In this document: piece after piece, positions 9,477 to 19,054 of the stretch
How positions within the stretch are numbered: the stretch's first letter is position 1
Layout: each line of letters opens with the position of its first letter
From: Candidatus Nanopelagicales bacterium
GTDB lineage: Bacteria; Actinomycetota; Actinomycetes; S36-B12; UBA5976
DNA: 62,660 bases
NCBI GenBank assembly: GCA_016463095.1
Contig: JAEMSA010000004.1
Coordinates: forward strand, 1 to 62,660
Reading direction: 5' to 3'
The notes under the pieces: generated by a model
Seen by the model: only the letters and a program-made list of their open reading frames with translations
What the model was told of the DNA's origin: nothing
Databases searched by the model: none
Made by a program: the position numbers and the translations under genes

Positions 9477-10741
9477 ACTTTCAAGATTTGATTTATGCAA
9501 AGCGTGATGGTGGAGTACTAACTGAAGAGCAAATCCGTTGGTTTATCAACGCGTTTACCAAGAATGAAATTCCTGATGAACAAGCCGGTTCTTTTCTGAT
9601 GGCAGTTTTCTTTCAAGGTTTAAATAAAGAAGAATTAAGTGTTTGGACTGACGCCATGGTCAAAAGTGGCGAAATTTTGGATTTATCAAGTGTAGGTAAA
9701 CCAACAGTTGATAAACATTCCACTGGCGGAGTCGGCGACAAGATTTCTCTTCCCCTCTGTCCTTTGGTTGCATCTTTCGGTGCAGCAGTTCCACAACTTT
9801 CGGGGCGAGGATTAGGAACATTTGGTGGAACTTTAGACAAAATGGAATCTGTTTCTGGATTTAATATCACGCTGTCAAATGATCAAATGATTAAACAATT
9901 GAAAGACGTTGGTGTTTTTATTACTGCAGCAAGTTCTGGTTTAGCTCCTGCCGATAGAAAGATGTATTCATTCAGAGACGTTATTGGTGCCGTGGAATGT
10001 ATTCCCCTAATCGCTTCGTCAATTATGAGTAAAAAGATTGCTGAAGGAACTCAAGCTTTAGTTTTAGATGTAAAAGCAGGTCGAGGTGCTTTCATGAAAG
10101 ATTTCTCAAAAGCCAAACAATTAGCTGAGACTATGGTTGAAATCGGTAATAAAGCGGGAGTTAAAACCGTTGCTCTGATTACCCAAATGGATACACCCCT
10201 TGGTCAAGCAGTGGGAAATGCTTTAGAGGTAAGTGAATCAATTGATGTCTTAAATGGCAAAGGACCTCAAGATGTTATTGAAATAACTTTGGCTTTAGCA
10301 AAAGAAATGTTGGAATTAGCAGGAATCAAGAAAGATCCAGCAACAGGATTGAAAGATGGTTCCGCATTTGAAATTTGGAAGAAAATGATTATTGCCCAAG
10401 GGGGAGATCCTGAAATAGAAATCCCAGTTGCCACCAACAAAGAAAATGTGGTTGCAACAAAAGCTGGCTACATCACCAATCTTGATGCCTATGCAATTGG
10501 ATTAGCTGCGTGGAGATTAGGTGCGGGTAGAGAAAAGAAAGAAGATTCAGTTTCCAAGACAGCAGGAATTATTTGTTTGGCCAAAGAAGGCGATTATGTG
10601 GAAAAAGATCAACCAGTTCTCGAACTACACATCGATGATGCTTCCAGATTGCCTCTTGCCAAAGCTGCACTAGAAAATGCCTTCACTATGGGCTCTGAGC
10701 CGAAAGAAAAGCGAAAAATCATCCTGGATCGCATCTCTTAA
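9473..10741 (+). CDS. deoA: thymidine/pyrimidine-nucleoside phosphorylase
   Basis: DKHSTGGVGDK and SGRGLGTFGGTLDK motifs. ATG 9473 overlaps the SDR stop as ATGA; the track start at 9461 is 4 codons upstream. Confidence 0.92.
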   Translation: MNFQDLIYAKRDGGVLTEEQIRWFINAFTKNEIPDEQAGSFLMAVFFQGLNKEELSVWTDAMVKSGEILDLSSVGKPTVDKHSTGGVGDKISLPLCPLVASFGAAVPQLSGRGLGTFGGTLDKMESVSGFNITLSNDQMIKQLKDVGVFITAASSGLAPADRKMYSFRDVIGAVECIPLIASSIMSKKIAEGTQALVLDVKAGRGAFMKDFSKAKQLAETMVEIGNKAGVKTVALITQMDTPLGQAVGNALEVSESIDVLNGKGPQDVIEITLALAKEMLELAGIKKDPATGLKDGSAFEIWKKMIIAQGGDPEIEIPVATNKENVVATKAGYITNLDAYAIGLAAWRLGAGREKKEDSVSKTAGIICLAKEGDYVEKDQPVLELHIDDASRLPLAKAALENAFTMGSEPKEKRKIILDRIS

Positions 10742-10821
10742 AACTCAGTTCACACTAGTAACAGAAGTTTCATAACGCTTTCATCACGTAATGAAATTCA
10801 CCCATAAATATAGAAATAATT

Positions 10822-10893
10822 CCCCATATTTGGCGTAGTGTCTTCACTATCGGCAGTGAAAACTACTGGTAATCAAACGTTCCCAAAATGGGG
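10822..10893 (+). promoter_or_regulatory. candidate structured 5' leader upstream of the nucleoside ABC operon
   Basis: An outer stem pairs 10822-10833 with 10883-10893 (11 bp, one bulge). It encloses an extended hairpin, gtagt/actac (10835-39/10862-66) plus ttcact/agtgaa (10843-48/10855-60). The element ends about 30 nt before the start codon. Confidence 0.3.
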
Positions 10894-10922
10894 CGAACAA
10901 TAAAAAGAGGGAGCACTAGTTA

Positions 10923-11981
10923 ATGAAGCGCATGCGCACATTAGCAGGAATTTCAATTCTTGCGTTAGTACTAGCAGCTTGCAGCAGTGGATCAACTGAT
11001 ACAGCAGCAGAAGATACAGCAGCTGCATTAGATGATTCAAACTGCGCAGCAGCTGAAAGCTTCTGCGTTGGTTTAGTAACCGACATCGGCAAGGTTGATG
11101 ACAAGTCATTCAACCAATCCGCATGGGAAGGTGCTAAAGCAGCAGCAGCTGAAGTTGGCGGTTTCGCTAAGTACATCGAAACAACCGATACAAAAGACTA
11201 TGCAGCAAACATGAAGCAATTCACCGACAAGAGCTATGACGTAATCGTCACAGTTGGTTTCTTGATGGCAGAAGCATCAGTTGCAGCAGCAAAAGAAAAT
11301 CCAAACACCAAGTTCATCGGTGTGGATCAATTCCAAGGTGAAGAAGTTGCAAACTTAACAGGTTTGATTTTCCCTGAAGATCAAGCAGGTTACGCAGCAG
11401 GTTACTTAGCAGGATTGCTAACAAAGACCAACAAACTTGGATCAGTTCTAGGTTTGGAAATCCCACCAGTACAACTATTCGCTAAGGGATTTGAAGCTGG
11501 AGCAACTGCTGCAAACGCAGGCGTTAAAGTTACAACTGTTTACCATCCACCAGCCGACAACGGTTTCGGTGATCCTGTATGGGGAGCAGCAGAAGCTAAG
11601 AAGCAACTTTCACAAGGTGCAGACATCATTTTCGGTGCAGGTGGCGGAACTGGTAACGGTGCATTAATTGAAATTGCAAAAGCTGAAGGTGCCGGAACTT
11701 CAATCTTCTGTATCGGTGTTGACACTGATCAATGGGGAACTGTTCCAGAAGCACAACCATGCTTAGTTACATCAGCAATGAAAGGTCTGTCAGAAGGAAC
11801 AGCAGATCTAGTAAAAGCTGTATTTGACGGAAGCATCAAGGGCGGAAATTTCGTTGGAACTACCGGTCTAGCTGACTACCATGATTTGGCTTCAGCAGTT
11901 TCTGCTGATATCCAAGCAAAGGTTGCAGAAATTGTAGCTGGATTGAAAGACGGTTCAATAAAGACTGGCGTGACTCTCTAG
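10923..11981 (+). CDS. BMP-family (PnrA-like) nucleoside-binding lipoprotein, ABC substrate-binding component
   Basis: Signal peptide with lipobox LAAC. GLVTDIGKVDDKSFNQSAWEG is typical of the basic membrane protein family. ABC permease and ATPase genes follow. Confidence 0.9.
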   Translation: MKRMRTLAGISILALVLAACSSGSTDTAAEDTAAALDDSNCAAAESFCVGLVTDIGKVDDKSFNQSAWEGAKAAAAEVGGFAKYIETTDTKDYAANMKQFTDKSYDVIVTVGFLMAEASVAAAKENPNTKFIGVDQFQGEEVANLTGLIFPEDQAGYAAGYLAGLLTKTNKLGSVLGLEIPPVQLFAKGFEAGATAANAGVKVTTVYHPPADNGFGDPVWGAAEAKKQLSQGADIIFGAGGGTGNGALIEIAKAEGAGTSIFCIGVDTDQWGTVPEAQPCLVTSAMKGLSEGTADLVKAVFDGSIKGGNFVGTTGLADYHDLASAVSADIQAKVAEIVAGLKDGSIKTGVTL

Positions 11982-12010
11982 TCAAATCAGTTAATTAAGG
12001 ACAGAATGTC

Positions 12011-12040
12011 AGTGGGACGCAATTTCTATTGCGTCCCACT
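12011..12040 (+). terminator. intra-operon stem-loop after the binding-protein gene
   Basis: agtgggacgcaat-ttct-attgcgtcccact forms a perfect 13-bp stem. A short T-containing tail follows, and an AAGGAGG SD for the next gene lies 14 nt downstream. Confidence 0.5.
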
Positions 12041-12067
12041 TTCATAACTAGACAAGGAGGAATCTAA

Positions 12068-13159
12068 TTGACGCTAACTGACACAAAGCAAGAAAATAAA
12101 TTAGGTTTCTTTGTTCGTAATCAAACAATAGTTGTACCAATTGCTGCAATTTTTGTAGCTTTTGTTTTGGGCGGTATTTTAATTTTGCTGCAAGGCGTTA
12201 ATCCACTAGTAGCCTATAAAGCAATTTTTTCTGAAGCGTGGTTTGATTCTGATGGATTGTTAAGAACTTTTCAAAAGACAACACCTTTAGTTTTAGCAGG
12301 ATTAGCTGTAACAGTTGGTTTAAGAGTTGGACTTTTTAATATTGGAGCGCAAGGCCAATTAATTTCTGCAGCACTTGCCTCAGCTTTAGCGGGAATTTAT
12401 ATTACAAATTTATCACCAATTTTCCACGTTTTAGTTGCACTTACTTGCGGAATTATAGTTGGAGCAATTTGGGCAGGAATAGCAGGAATTTTAAAAGCTT
12501 ATAGAGGCGTGCACGAAGTTATTTCAACAATTATGTTAAATAGTATTGCAATTGGTATTTTGGATTACCTAGTAAGTAATCCTTTCAAAGAACCAGATCA
12601 ATCATTACAGAGAACTAAAAAGATTGCCGAAACTGCAGTGTTACCAAACATCGGAGTGATTCCATTTGGTTTCATTTTGGCACTAATTATCTGCTTATTG
12701 GTTTCTTGGATGCTTAACAAAACTACTGCAGGTTTCAGATTTAATACAGTTGGAAAGAATAAGTTTGCTGCAACTTATGCAGGGATAAACATGAAACTAA
12801 TGGTTGTTACTGGGATGTTGCTCAGTGGTGGCCTGGCAGGACTTGGCGGAGCAATAGAAACATTAGGAATCACTTACCGATTTGAACCAGCATTTAATGC
12901 AGGATTAGGTTTTGATGGAATTACAATTGCTCTTTTGGCAAGAGCAAATCCTTTGGCCACAATTCCAGCCGCAATTTTAGTTGGAACGCTTCGAGCCGGG
13001 GGCGCTTCTTTACAGTTTGAAACTGGAATTGAACCTGAAATCGTTGACGTTTTATTAGCTATAACTTTATTGCTGGTTTCGGCACCAATCTTGGCGAAGT
13101 ACTTGTTTAAAGGAAAAGCTCAAAAATCAGCAAATGTCACAAGTGGGTGGGGTAACTAA
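12068..13159 (+). CDS. ABC transporter permease (nucleoside/simple-sugar type)
   Basis: 363-aa polytopic membrane protein with a TTG start 8 nt after AAGGAGG. It sits between the BMP lipoprotein gene and a second permease gene. Confidence 0.85.
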   Translation: MTLTDTKQENKLGFFVRNQTIVVPIAAIFVAFVLGGILILLQGVNPLVAYKAIFSEAWFDSDGLLRTFQKTTPLVLAGLAVTVGLRVGLFNIGAQGQLISAALASALAGIYITNLSPIFHVLVALTCGIIVGAIWAGIAGILKAYRGVHEVISTIMLNSIAIGILDYLVSNPFKEPDQSLQRTKKIAETAVLPNIGVIPFGFILALIICLLVSWMLNKTTAGFRFNTVGKNKFAATYAGINMKLMVVTGMLLSGGLAGLGGAIETLGITYRFEPAFNAGLGFDGITIALLARANPLATIPAAILVGTLRAGGASLQFETGIEPEIVDVLLAITLLLVSAPILAKYLFKGKAQKSANVTSGWGN

Positions 13160-14151
13160 TGTTGGATTTTATTAAAGATAATAAAAAACCAGTTATAACT
13201 CTTGGCCTAGTAACGGTAATTGCTTACGTTTTATATTTCCTTGACGAAATTAAAACTACTTCAGTTTTAGTTTTCGGGTGGGGCTACGCGGTCCCTTTAG
13301 TTCTGGCTGCGATGGTAGGAATTATTGGTGAGCGAACTGGCGTTGTAAATATTGGCATCGAAGGCCAAATGCTTATGTCGGCATTTGCTAGCTTTTTTGG
13401 TTCAGTGATAACTGGAAATATTTATTTAGGAATGTTGATTGGGATAGGCGCAGGTTTATTAATGGGCGCATTCTTAGCTGTGGCAGCAGTAAAATGGGAG
13501 ATGGATCAGATTATTGCCGGGGTGGTAATAAACATTGTTGCTGCAGGATTGACTTCGTTTTTCTATGCTCCCGGTAAAACTCTTCCACAATTAATGCCTG
13601 TGGTTTCAATCCCGATCTTGAGTGACATTCCATTAATTGGACCAGTATTTTTTAGAAATGGTTTGTTCGCTCTTGCCACACTGTTTATTGTCTTAGCTGT
13701 AAATTATGCAATTTTCAAAACCAGATGGGGTTTAAGAAGTAGATCAGTTGGTGAATACCCAAGTGCTGCAGATGCCGCAGGTATTAATGTCACCAGAGTA
13801 CGAATGATGAACGTAACTCTTGCCGGAGCTTTAGCAGGATGTGCTGGTGCATTCTTAGCTTTAGAAGCCGCCGGAACATTTGCTCGAGGATTAACTGCTG
13901 GACGAGGATTCTTAGCCTTAGCAATCATGATCTTTGGTGCCTGGAATCCAATGGGAGCTCTAGCTGCAGCACTATTTTTTGGTTTATCAACAGCAATCGC
14001 GAGTCAATTGCAAGCTGATGAAGTTATAAATATTCCACAACAATTTGTTAACTTGCTACCTTTTGTGATGACCTTAATCGTGTTATCAATAGCGGTAGGA
14101 AGAGTAAGACCACCTGCGGCAGCGGGCCAGCCTTATACAAAGGAGGGCTAA
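13159..14151 (+). CDS. ABC transporter permease
   Basis: 330-aa polytopic membrane protein. The start overlaps the stop of the preceding permease (TAATG). Confidence 0.85.
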   Translation: MLDFIKDNKKPVITLGLVTVIAYVLYFLDEIKTTSVLVFGWGYAVPLVLAAMVGIIGERTGVVNIGIEGQMLMSAFASFFGSVITGNIYLGMLIGIGAGLLMGAFLAVAAVKWEMDQIIAGVVINIVAAGLTSFFYAPGKTLPQLMPVVSIPILSDIPLIGPVFFRNGLFALATLFIVLAVNYAIFKTRWGLRSRSVGEYPSAADAAGINVTRVRMMNVTLAGALAGCAGAFLALEAAGTFARGLTAGRGFLALAIMIFGAWNPMGALAAALFFGLSTAIASQLQADEVINIPQQFVNLLPFVMTLIVLSIAVGRVRPPAAAGQPYTKEG

Positions 14152-14153
14152 TT

Positions 14154-15668
14154 TTGACTGAATATTTGATTGAAGCTAAAAATTTAACTAAAAAATTTCC
14201 TGGAGTTTTAGCTAATGACAATGTTTCATTAACTCTGGAAAAGGGTGAAATTCTTGCACTATTAGGCGAAAACGGTGCTGGTAAATCAACGTTAGTAAAA
14301 ATGATTTATGGTCTCTATGGTTCAGATGGTGGCGAGTTATTCATCAAGGGTCAAAAAGTTGATTTTCATTCCCCAGCAGAAGCTATTGCTAAGGGCATTG
14401 GCATGGTGCATCAACATTTTCAATTAGTGCCAGTTATGACTGTGGCTGAAAATATTGCGTTAGGGGCAGAAAAAACCAAAGGAATCAAATTTGATTTAGT
14501 CGCAGCTGAAAAAGAAGTAACAGAATTATCAGTTAAGTACGGTTTGGAAGTTGATGCCAAAGCAAGAATTGAAGATTTGCCAGTGGGTATGCAGCAAAGA
14601 GTTGAAATTCTGAAAATGCTTTATCGTAAAGCAGATATTTTGATTATGGATGAACCAACCGCGGTATTAACCCCCCAAGAAACAGATGAATTATTAAAAG
14701 TTATGCAAGGTTTTGCAGAAAAAGGGGTAGGGGTAATTTTCATTACCCATAAACTTCGTGAAGTTTTAGCAATTGCAGATCGAGTTGTTGTGCTTAGAAA
14801 TGGCAAAGTAGTTGGAAGTGCAAGACCAAAAGACACAGATCAAGAAGGATTGGCAACCATGATGGTTGGTCGAAGTGTGGTGCTAGATGTAAAAAAAGAT
14901 CTAGCAACTCCTAAAGAAGTTGTATTACAAGTTAAGAATTTAAACGTGCGAGATGATAGAAAACTAACTGCAGTGAAAGATTTAACTCTTGAGGTTAGAG
15001 CTGGTGAAATTGTTGGAATTGCAGGGGTAGAAGGAAATGGGCAAAGAGAATTAGTGCAAGCAATAACAGGATTAAGAAAAATTGATTCTGGAACTGTGGA
15101 AATTAACAATGAAGATGTAACGAAACTGAGTCCTCATAAAATCCATGAATTAGGGGTAGCTCATGTTCCCGAAGATCGCGAAAAAGATGGTTTAGTCGCT
15201 GCCTATTCAATTGCTGATAATTCTGTTTTAAATAGATTTGATGAAAAAGAATTCTCGAAAGCAGGGGTGAGGCAAACTGGCGCAATTAGAGCATTAGCTA
15301 CAAAATTAGTGGAAAAATTTGATGTAAGAACCCCTTCAATTGACACTTCAGCTGGTTCTTTATCTGGGGGAAATAAACAAAAACTTGTTATTGCAAGAGA
15401 ACTAATTTGGGGACCAAAATTACTTATAGCCGCCCAACCAACCAGAGGTGTTGATGTGGGTTCAATTGAATTCATTCATAACCAAATAGTTGCCGCCCGA
15501 GATGCTGGATCTGCGGTGTTATTAGTATCGGCTGAATTAGATGAAGTTTTAGGATTAGCTGATCGAGTGGCAGTTATGTATGCGGGAAGAATCGTAAAGA
15601 TTTTGGATCAAAAAGACGCGGAAAGAAATAAAGTGGGAAGACTCATGGCCGGTGGAGACGTTCACTAA
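14154..15668 (+). CDS. ABC transporter ATP-binding protein (duplicated NBD)
   Basis: Walker A GENGAGKST, an LSGGNKQK signature in the second half, and Walker B ILIMDEP and LLIAAQP. TTG start after AAGGAGGG. Confidence 0.92.
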   Translation: MTEYLIEAKNLTKKFPGVLANDNVSLTLEKGEILALLGENGAGKSTLVKMIYGLYGSDGGELFIKGQKVDFHSPAEAIAKGIGMVHQHFQLVPVMTVAENIALGAEKTKGIKFDLVAAEKEVTELSVKYGLEVDAKARIEDLPVGMQQRVEILKMLYRKADILIMDEPTAVLTPQETDELLKVMQGFAEKGVGVIFITHKLREVLAIADRVVVLRNGKVVGSARPKDTDQEGLATMMVGRSVVLDVKKDLATPKEVVLQVKNLNVRDDRKLTAVKDLTLEVRAGEIVGIAGVEGNGQRELVQAITGLRKIDSGTVEINNEDVTKLSPHKIHELGVAHVPEDREKDGLVAAYSIADNSVLNRFDEKEFSKAGVRQTGAIRALATKLVEKFDVRTPSIDTSAGSLSGGNKQKLVIARELIWGPKLLIAAQPTRGVDVGSIEFIHNQIVAARDAGSAVLLVSAELDEVLGLADRVAVMYAGRIVKILDQKDAERNKVGRLMAGGDVH

Positions 15669-16775
15669 ATGTCTGAGAAGTTAACACCAGAAATAATCAA
15701 ATCGGTTCCTAAAGTTTTATTGCACGATCATTTAGATGGTGGAGTCAGACCCGCCACAGTTGCACAATTAGCAGAAGAATTTGGTTACAGCAATCTTCCA
15801 ACTACAGATCCAATAGCACTGGCAAAATGGTTTAGAGATAACTGTGATTCAGGTTCGTTAGAAAAATATTTGGAAGCCTTTGTTCACACAGTTGGTGTTA
15901 TGCAAACAGCAGCTGCCCTAGAAAGAGTTGCCTTTGAAGCAGCCGAAGATTTAGCAAATGATGGTGTGGTTTATGCAGAAATAAGGTTTGCTCCCGAATT
16001 ACACCAAAATCAAGGATTAACACTTGATCAAGTGGTGGAAGCTGTAATTAAAGGTTTTCAACGCGGTGAAGAAACCATGTCCAAAAATGGTAAACCAATT
16101 GTGGTGAGAGCTTTATTAACTGCCATGCGAACAGCTGCGAGATCAAGTGAGATTGCAGAACTTTCAGTTAAGTGGCGCGATAAAGGTGTAGTTGGTTTTG
16201 ATATCGCAGGTAAAGAGGCAGGTTTTCCACCAACAAGACATTTGGATGCTTTTGATGCAGTCAGACGAGCAAATTTTCATATGACAATTCATGCTGGTGA
16301 AGCATTTGGTTTGCCTTCAATTTGGGAAGCGGTACAGATTTGTGGCACAGATCGTTTAGGTCACGGAGTAAAAATTGTTGATGATTTAAGTTTTCAAACA
16401 AATGGTGAAGTAAAATTAGGTGAACTTTCTGCTTACGTTCGTGATCGCAGAGTGCCACTTGAACTTTGTCCATCATCAAATGTGCAAACGGGTGCGGCTA
16501 AAAGTATTAAAGAACATCCCATTGGAGTTTTAACAAAACTTGGTTTTAGGGCAACTGTTAACACGGATAACAGATTGATGTCTGATACTTCCATGACAAA
16601 GGAAATGTCACTTTTAGTTACCGAATTGGGTTTCACGTTAAAGCAATTGCAATGGTTAACAGTAAATGCAATGAAAAGTTCTTTTATTCCTTTTGATCAA
16701 AGACTCAAATTAATTAATGAGAACATAAAACCCACCTACGCCAAAATTGCTCAAGATTTAGGAATAAAGTTCTAA
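15669..16775 (+). CDS. add: adenosine deaminase
   Basis: [14 protein letters not shown] and NTDN(R) metal/catalytic motifs. The start abuts the ATPase stop (TAAATG). Confidence 0.92.
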   Translation: MSEKLTPEIIKSVPKVLLHDHLDGGVRPATVAQLAEEFGYSNLPTTDPIALAKWFRDNCDSGSLEKYLEAFVHTVGVMQTAAALERVAFEAAEDLANDGVVYAEIRFAPELHQNQGLTLDQVVEAVIKGFQRGEETMSKNGKPIVVRALLTAMRTAARSSEIAELSVKWRDKGVVGFDIAGKEAGFPPTRHLDAFDAVRRANFHMTIHAGEAFGLPSIWEAVQICGTDRLGHGVKIVDDLSFQTNGEVKLGELSAYVRDRRVPLELCPSSNVQTGAAKSIKEHPIGVLTKLGFRATVNTDNRLMSDTSMTKEMSLLVTELGFTLKQLQWLTVNAMKSSFIPFDQRLKLINENIKPTYAKIAQDLGIKF

Positions 16776-17617
16776 AAACCCCGTGGGTGCCACACAGTTT
16801 TAGTTTCTAAGAAAGTTTTAATTCTTGTTAAACCATCCATTTTAGTATTAGGGCGTAGTACTCTCTTCAAATTTATGGCAGCTTCTTTTTCTAATTCGAG
16901 TGCTATTGCTTTACTTTCAACTCCACTTAAATCAATAGCGTTAACATCTTGGTGACTGGCAAGCCATGGGGCAATTTCTTTATAGGAACCAGTCAATATG
17001 TTTACAACTCCACCAGGTACATCACTGGTTGCTAAAACTTCAGCTAAGGAAATAGCGGGCAAAGGTTGTGTTTCTGAAGCTATAACTATCACAGCGTTTC
17101 CGCCGACCACAATGGATGCAATTGTTTCAACTAAACCTAGTAGCGGTGATTTGTCAGGGGCAATTGCTGCCACAACACCTGTTGGTTCAGGAATTGAAAA
17201 GTCAAAGAACGGTCCAGCTACTGGGTTACTAGATCCAGTAACCATTGCGATTTTGTCTGCCCAACCGGCAAACCAAACCATTAAATTAATTGCCTCATCA
17301 ACTTCATTTTCAGCATGTTTATTACTTTTGCTGCATAAATTTAACTCTTCCACAAACTGTTCACGACGACCTTGCATTAATTCTGAAACTCGATATAAAA
17401 CTTGGGCACGGTTATAAGCAGTAGCCTCGGACCATTTTGTAAATGCGGATCTAGCAGCAACAACTGCATCGCGGGCATCTTTACGGGAAGCTAAGGCAAC
17501 GTTAGCTAAGAAATTTTGATTGTTGTCAAATATTTCATAAGTTCTTCCTGATTCAGATCTAGGAAAAGCTCCACCAATGAATAACTTGGCAGTTCTTTTC
17601 ACATCAATATTTGACAT
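16772..17617 (-). CDS. aldehyde-dehydrogenase-family protein lacking the catalytic domain
   Basis: 281 aa. It aligns with the N-terminal half of the neighbouring ALDH up to the LELGGK position, then jumps to an ALDH-like C-terminal tail. The PWNFP Asn, the ELGG Glu and the catalytic Cys are absent. Confidence 0.7.
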   Translation of the reverse strand: MSNIDVKRTAKLFIGGAFPRSESGRTYEIFDNNQNFLANVALASRKDARDAVVAARSAFTKWSEATAYNRAQVLYRVSELMQGRREQFVEELNLCSKSNKHAENEVDEAINLMVWFAGWADKIAMVTGSSNPVAGPFFDFSIPEPTGVVAAIAPDKSPLLGLVETIASIVVGGNAVIVIASETQPLPAISLAEVLATSDVPGGVVNILTGSYKEIAPWLASHQDVNAIDLSGVESKAIALELEKEAAINLKRVLRPNTKMDGLTRIKTFLETKTVWHPRGF

Positions 17618-19054
17618 TTATTTACCGGCCTTCAAGTAAGCCTCAAGTCCTTGGCGTCCGCCTTCGCGACCATAACCTGATTCTTTATATCCACCAAATG
17701 GACTTGTGGGATCAAATTTATTAAATGTGTTTGCCCAAATAACACCAGCTCTTAAACGATGTGCAACCTCCAGGATTCGAGATCCTTTTTCAGTCCAAAT
17801 ACCTGCACTTAAACCAAATGGAGTGTTGTTAGCTTTTTCAATTGCTTCATCAGGTGTTCTAAAGGTGAGCACACTTAACACCGGGCCAAATATTTCTTCA
17901 CGTGCAATTCGATGAGAAAGAGAAACATTTGTAAATACTGTCGGCGCAAACCAGAAACCTTTATTAGGAATCTCACAAGGAGCACTCCACATTTCTGCTC
18001 CTTCAGATTTACCTGCTTGAGTTAAGGCATGAATTTTTGCTAATTGAGCAGCAGAATTTATGGCACCTATATCGGTATTTTTGTCTAAAGGATCTCCCAT
18101 GCGAAGTGTTTTCATTCGTTCATAAAGAAGATTTAAGAACTCATCAGAAATTGATTCTTGTAATAGCAATCTCGATCCAGCACAACAAACATGGCCTTGG
18201 TTAAAGAAAATACCGTTAATAACACCTTCCACAGCTTGATCCATTGCGGCATCGTCGAAAACAATATTGGCAGCTTTGCCACCAAGTTCTAAAGTTACTT
18301 TCTTATCTGTTCCAGCCACAGCTTGTGCAATAAGTCTGCCCACTTCAGTTGATCCGGTGAAAGCAACTTTGTCAATTTCTGGATGTTCAACTAAAAATCT
18401 TCCTGTTTCACCGGCACCGGTGACAATGTTTACAACACCATCAGGTAATTCAGCTTGTTGACATATTTCAGCAAATAGTAAAGCAGTTAAGGGTGTAGTT
18501 TCAGCAGGTTTCAAAACTACAGTGTTACCTGCAGCTAGGGCGGGTGCGATTTTCCAAGCCAGCATTAACAGTGGAAAATTCCAAGGAATAATTTGTCCCG
18601 CAACACCAAGTGGTTGTGGATTTTTACCTAAACCAGCGTAATCGAGTTTGTCGGCCCAACCTGCGTAATGAAAGAAATGTGCTGCAACTAACGGAATATC
18701 AATGTCTCTACTTTCTCTAATTGGTTTTCCGTTATTCATTGATTCAAGGACAGCTAATTCCCTTGATCTTTCTTGAATTAGACGTGCGATGCGATAAATG
18801 TATTTTCCTCGTTCTGCACCCGACAGCTTGGACCAAGATTTAAATGCTTTACGGGCAGAATTCACTGCATAATCAATATCCTCAGAACTTGCTTCTATTA
18901 TTTCGGCAAGAACTTCCTCAGTGGCCGGATTAATAGTTTTATAAGTTGAACCGTTTTTACTTTTAACGAATTTTCCATCAATAAATAGTTCGTAATTAGT
19001 TTTTAGATTAACGACTTTGGTTGATTCGGGTGCTGGAGCGTATTCAAAAACCAT
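17618..19054 (-). CDS. NAD(P)-dependent aldehyde dehydrogenase
   Basis: 478 aa with IPWNFPL, FTGSTEVG, LELGGK, GHVCCAGSR and EEIFGPV motifs. Confidence 0.92.
   Translation of the reverse strand: MVFEYAPAPESTKVVNLKTNYELFIDGKFVKSKNGSTYKTINPATEEVLAEIIEASSEDIDYAVNSARKAFKSWSKLSGAERGKYIYRIARLIQERSRELAVLESMNNGKPIRESRDIDIPLVAAHFFHYAGWADKLDYAGLGKNPQPLGVAGQIIPWNFPLLMLAWKIAPALAAGNTVVLKPAETTPLTALLFAEICQQAELPDGVVNIVTGAGETGRFLVEHPEIDKVAFTGSTEVGRLIAQAVAGTDKKVTLELGGKAANIVFDDAAMDQAVEGVINGIFFNQGHVCCAGSRLLLQESISDEFLNLLYERMKTLRMGDPLDKNTDIGAINSAAQLAKIHALTQAGKSEGAEMWSAPCEIPNKGFWFAPTVFTNVSLSHRIAREEIFGPVLSVLTFRTPDEAIEKANNTPFGLSAGIWTEKGSRILEVAHRLRAGVIWANTFNKFDPTSPFGGYKESGYGREGGRQGLEAYLKAGK

Noticed and set aside
6170-10870. 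Shared 8-mer TATCGGCA in the cdd leader and the ABC-operon leader, considered as a common operator
   Set aside because: A single shared 8-mer between two spacers of about 190 nt each is expected by chance at roughly even odds, and no extended or palindromic context is shared.
10873-11176. Two minus-strand ORFs (78 and 86 aa) over the start of the BMP lipoprotein gene
   Set aside because: They are antisense artefacts of the GCA/GCT-rich (Ala-rich) signal-peptide and linker region. The plus-strand gene has a lipobox and a strong family match.
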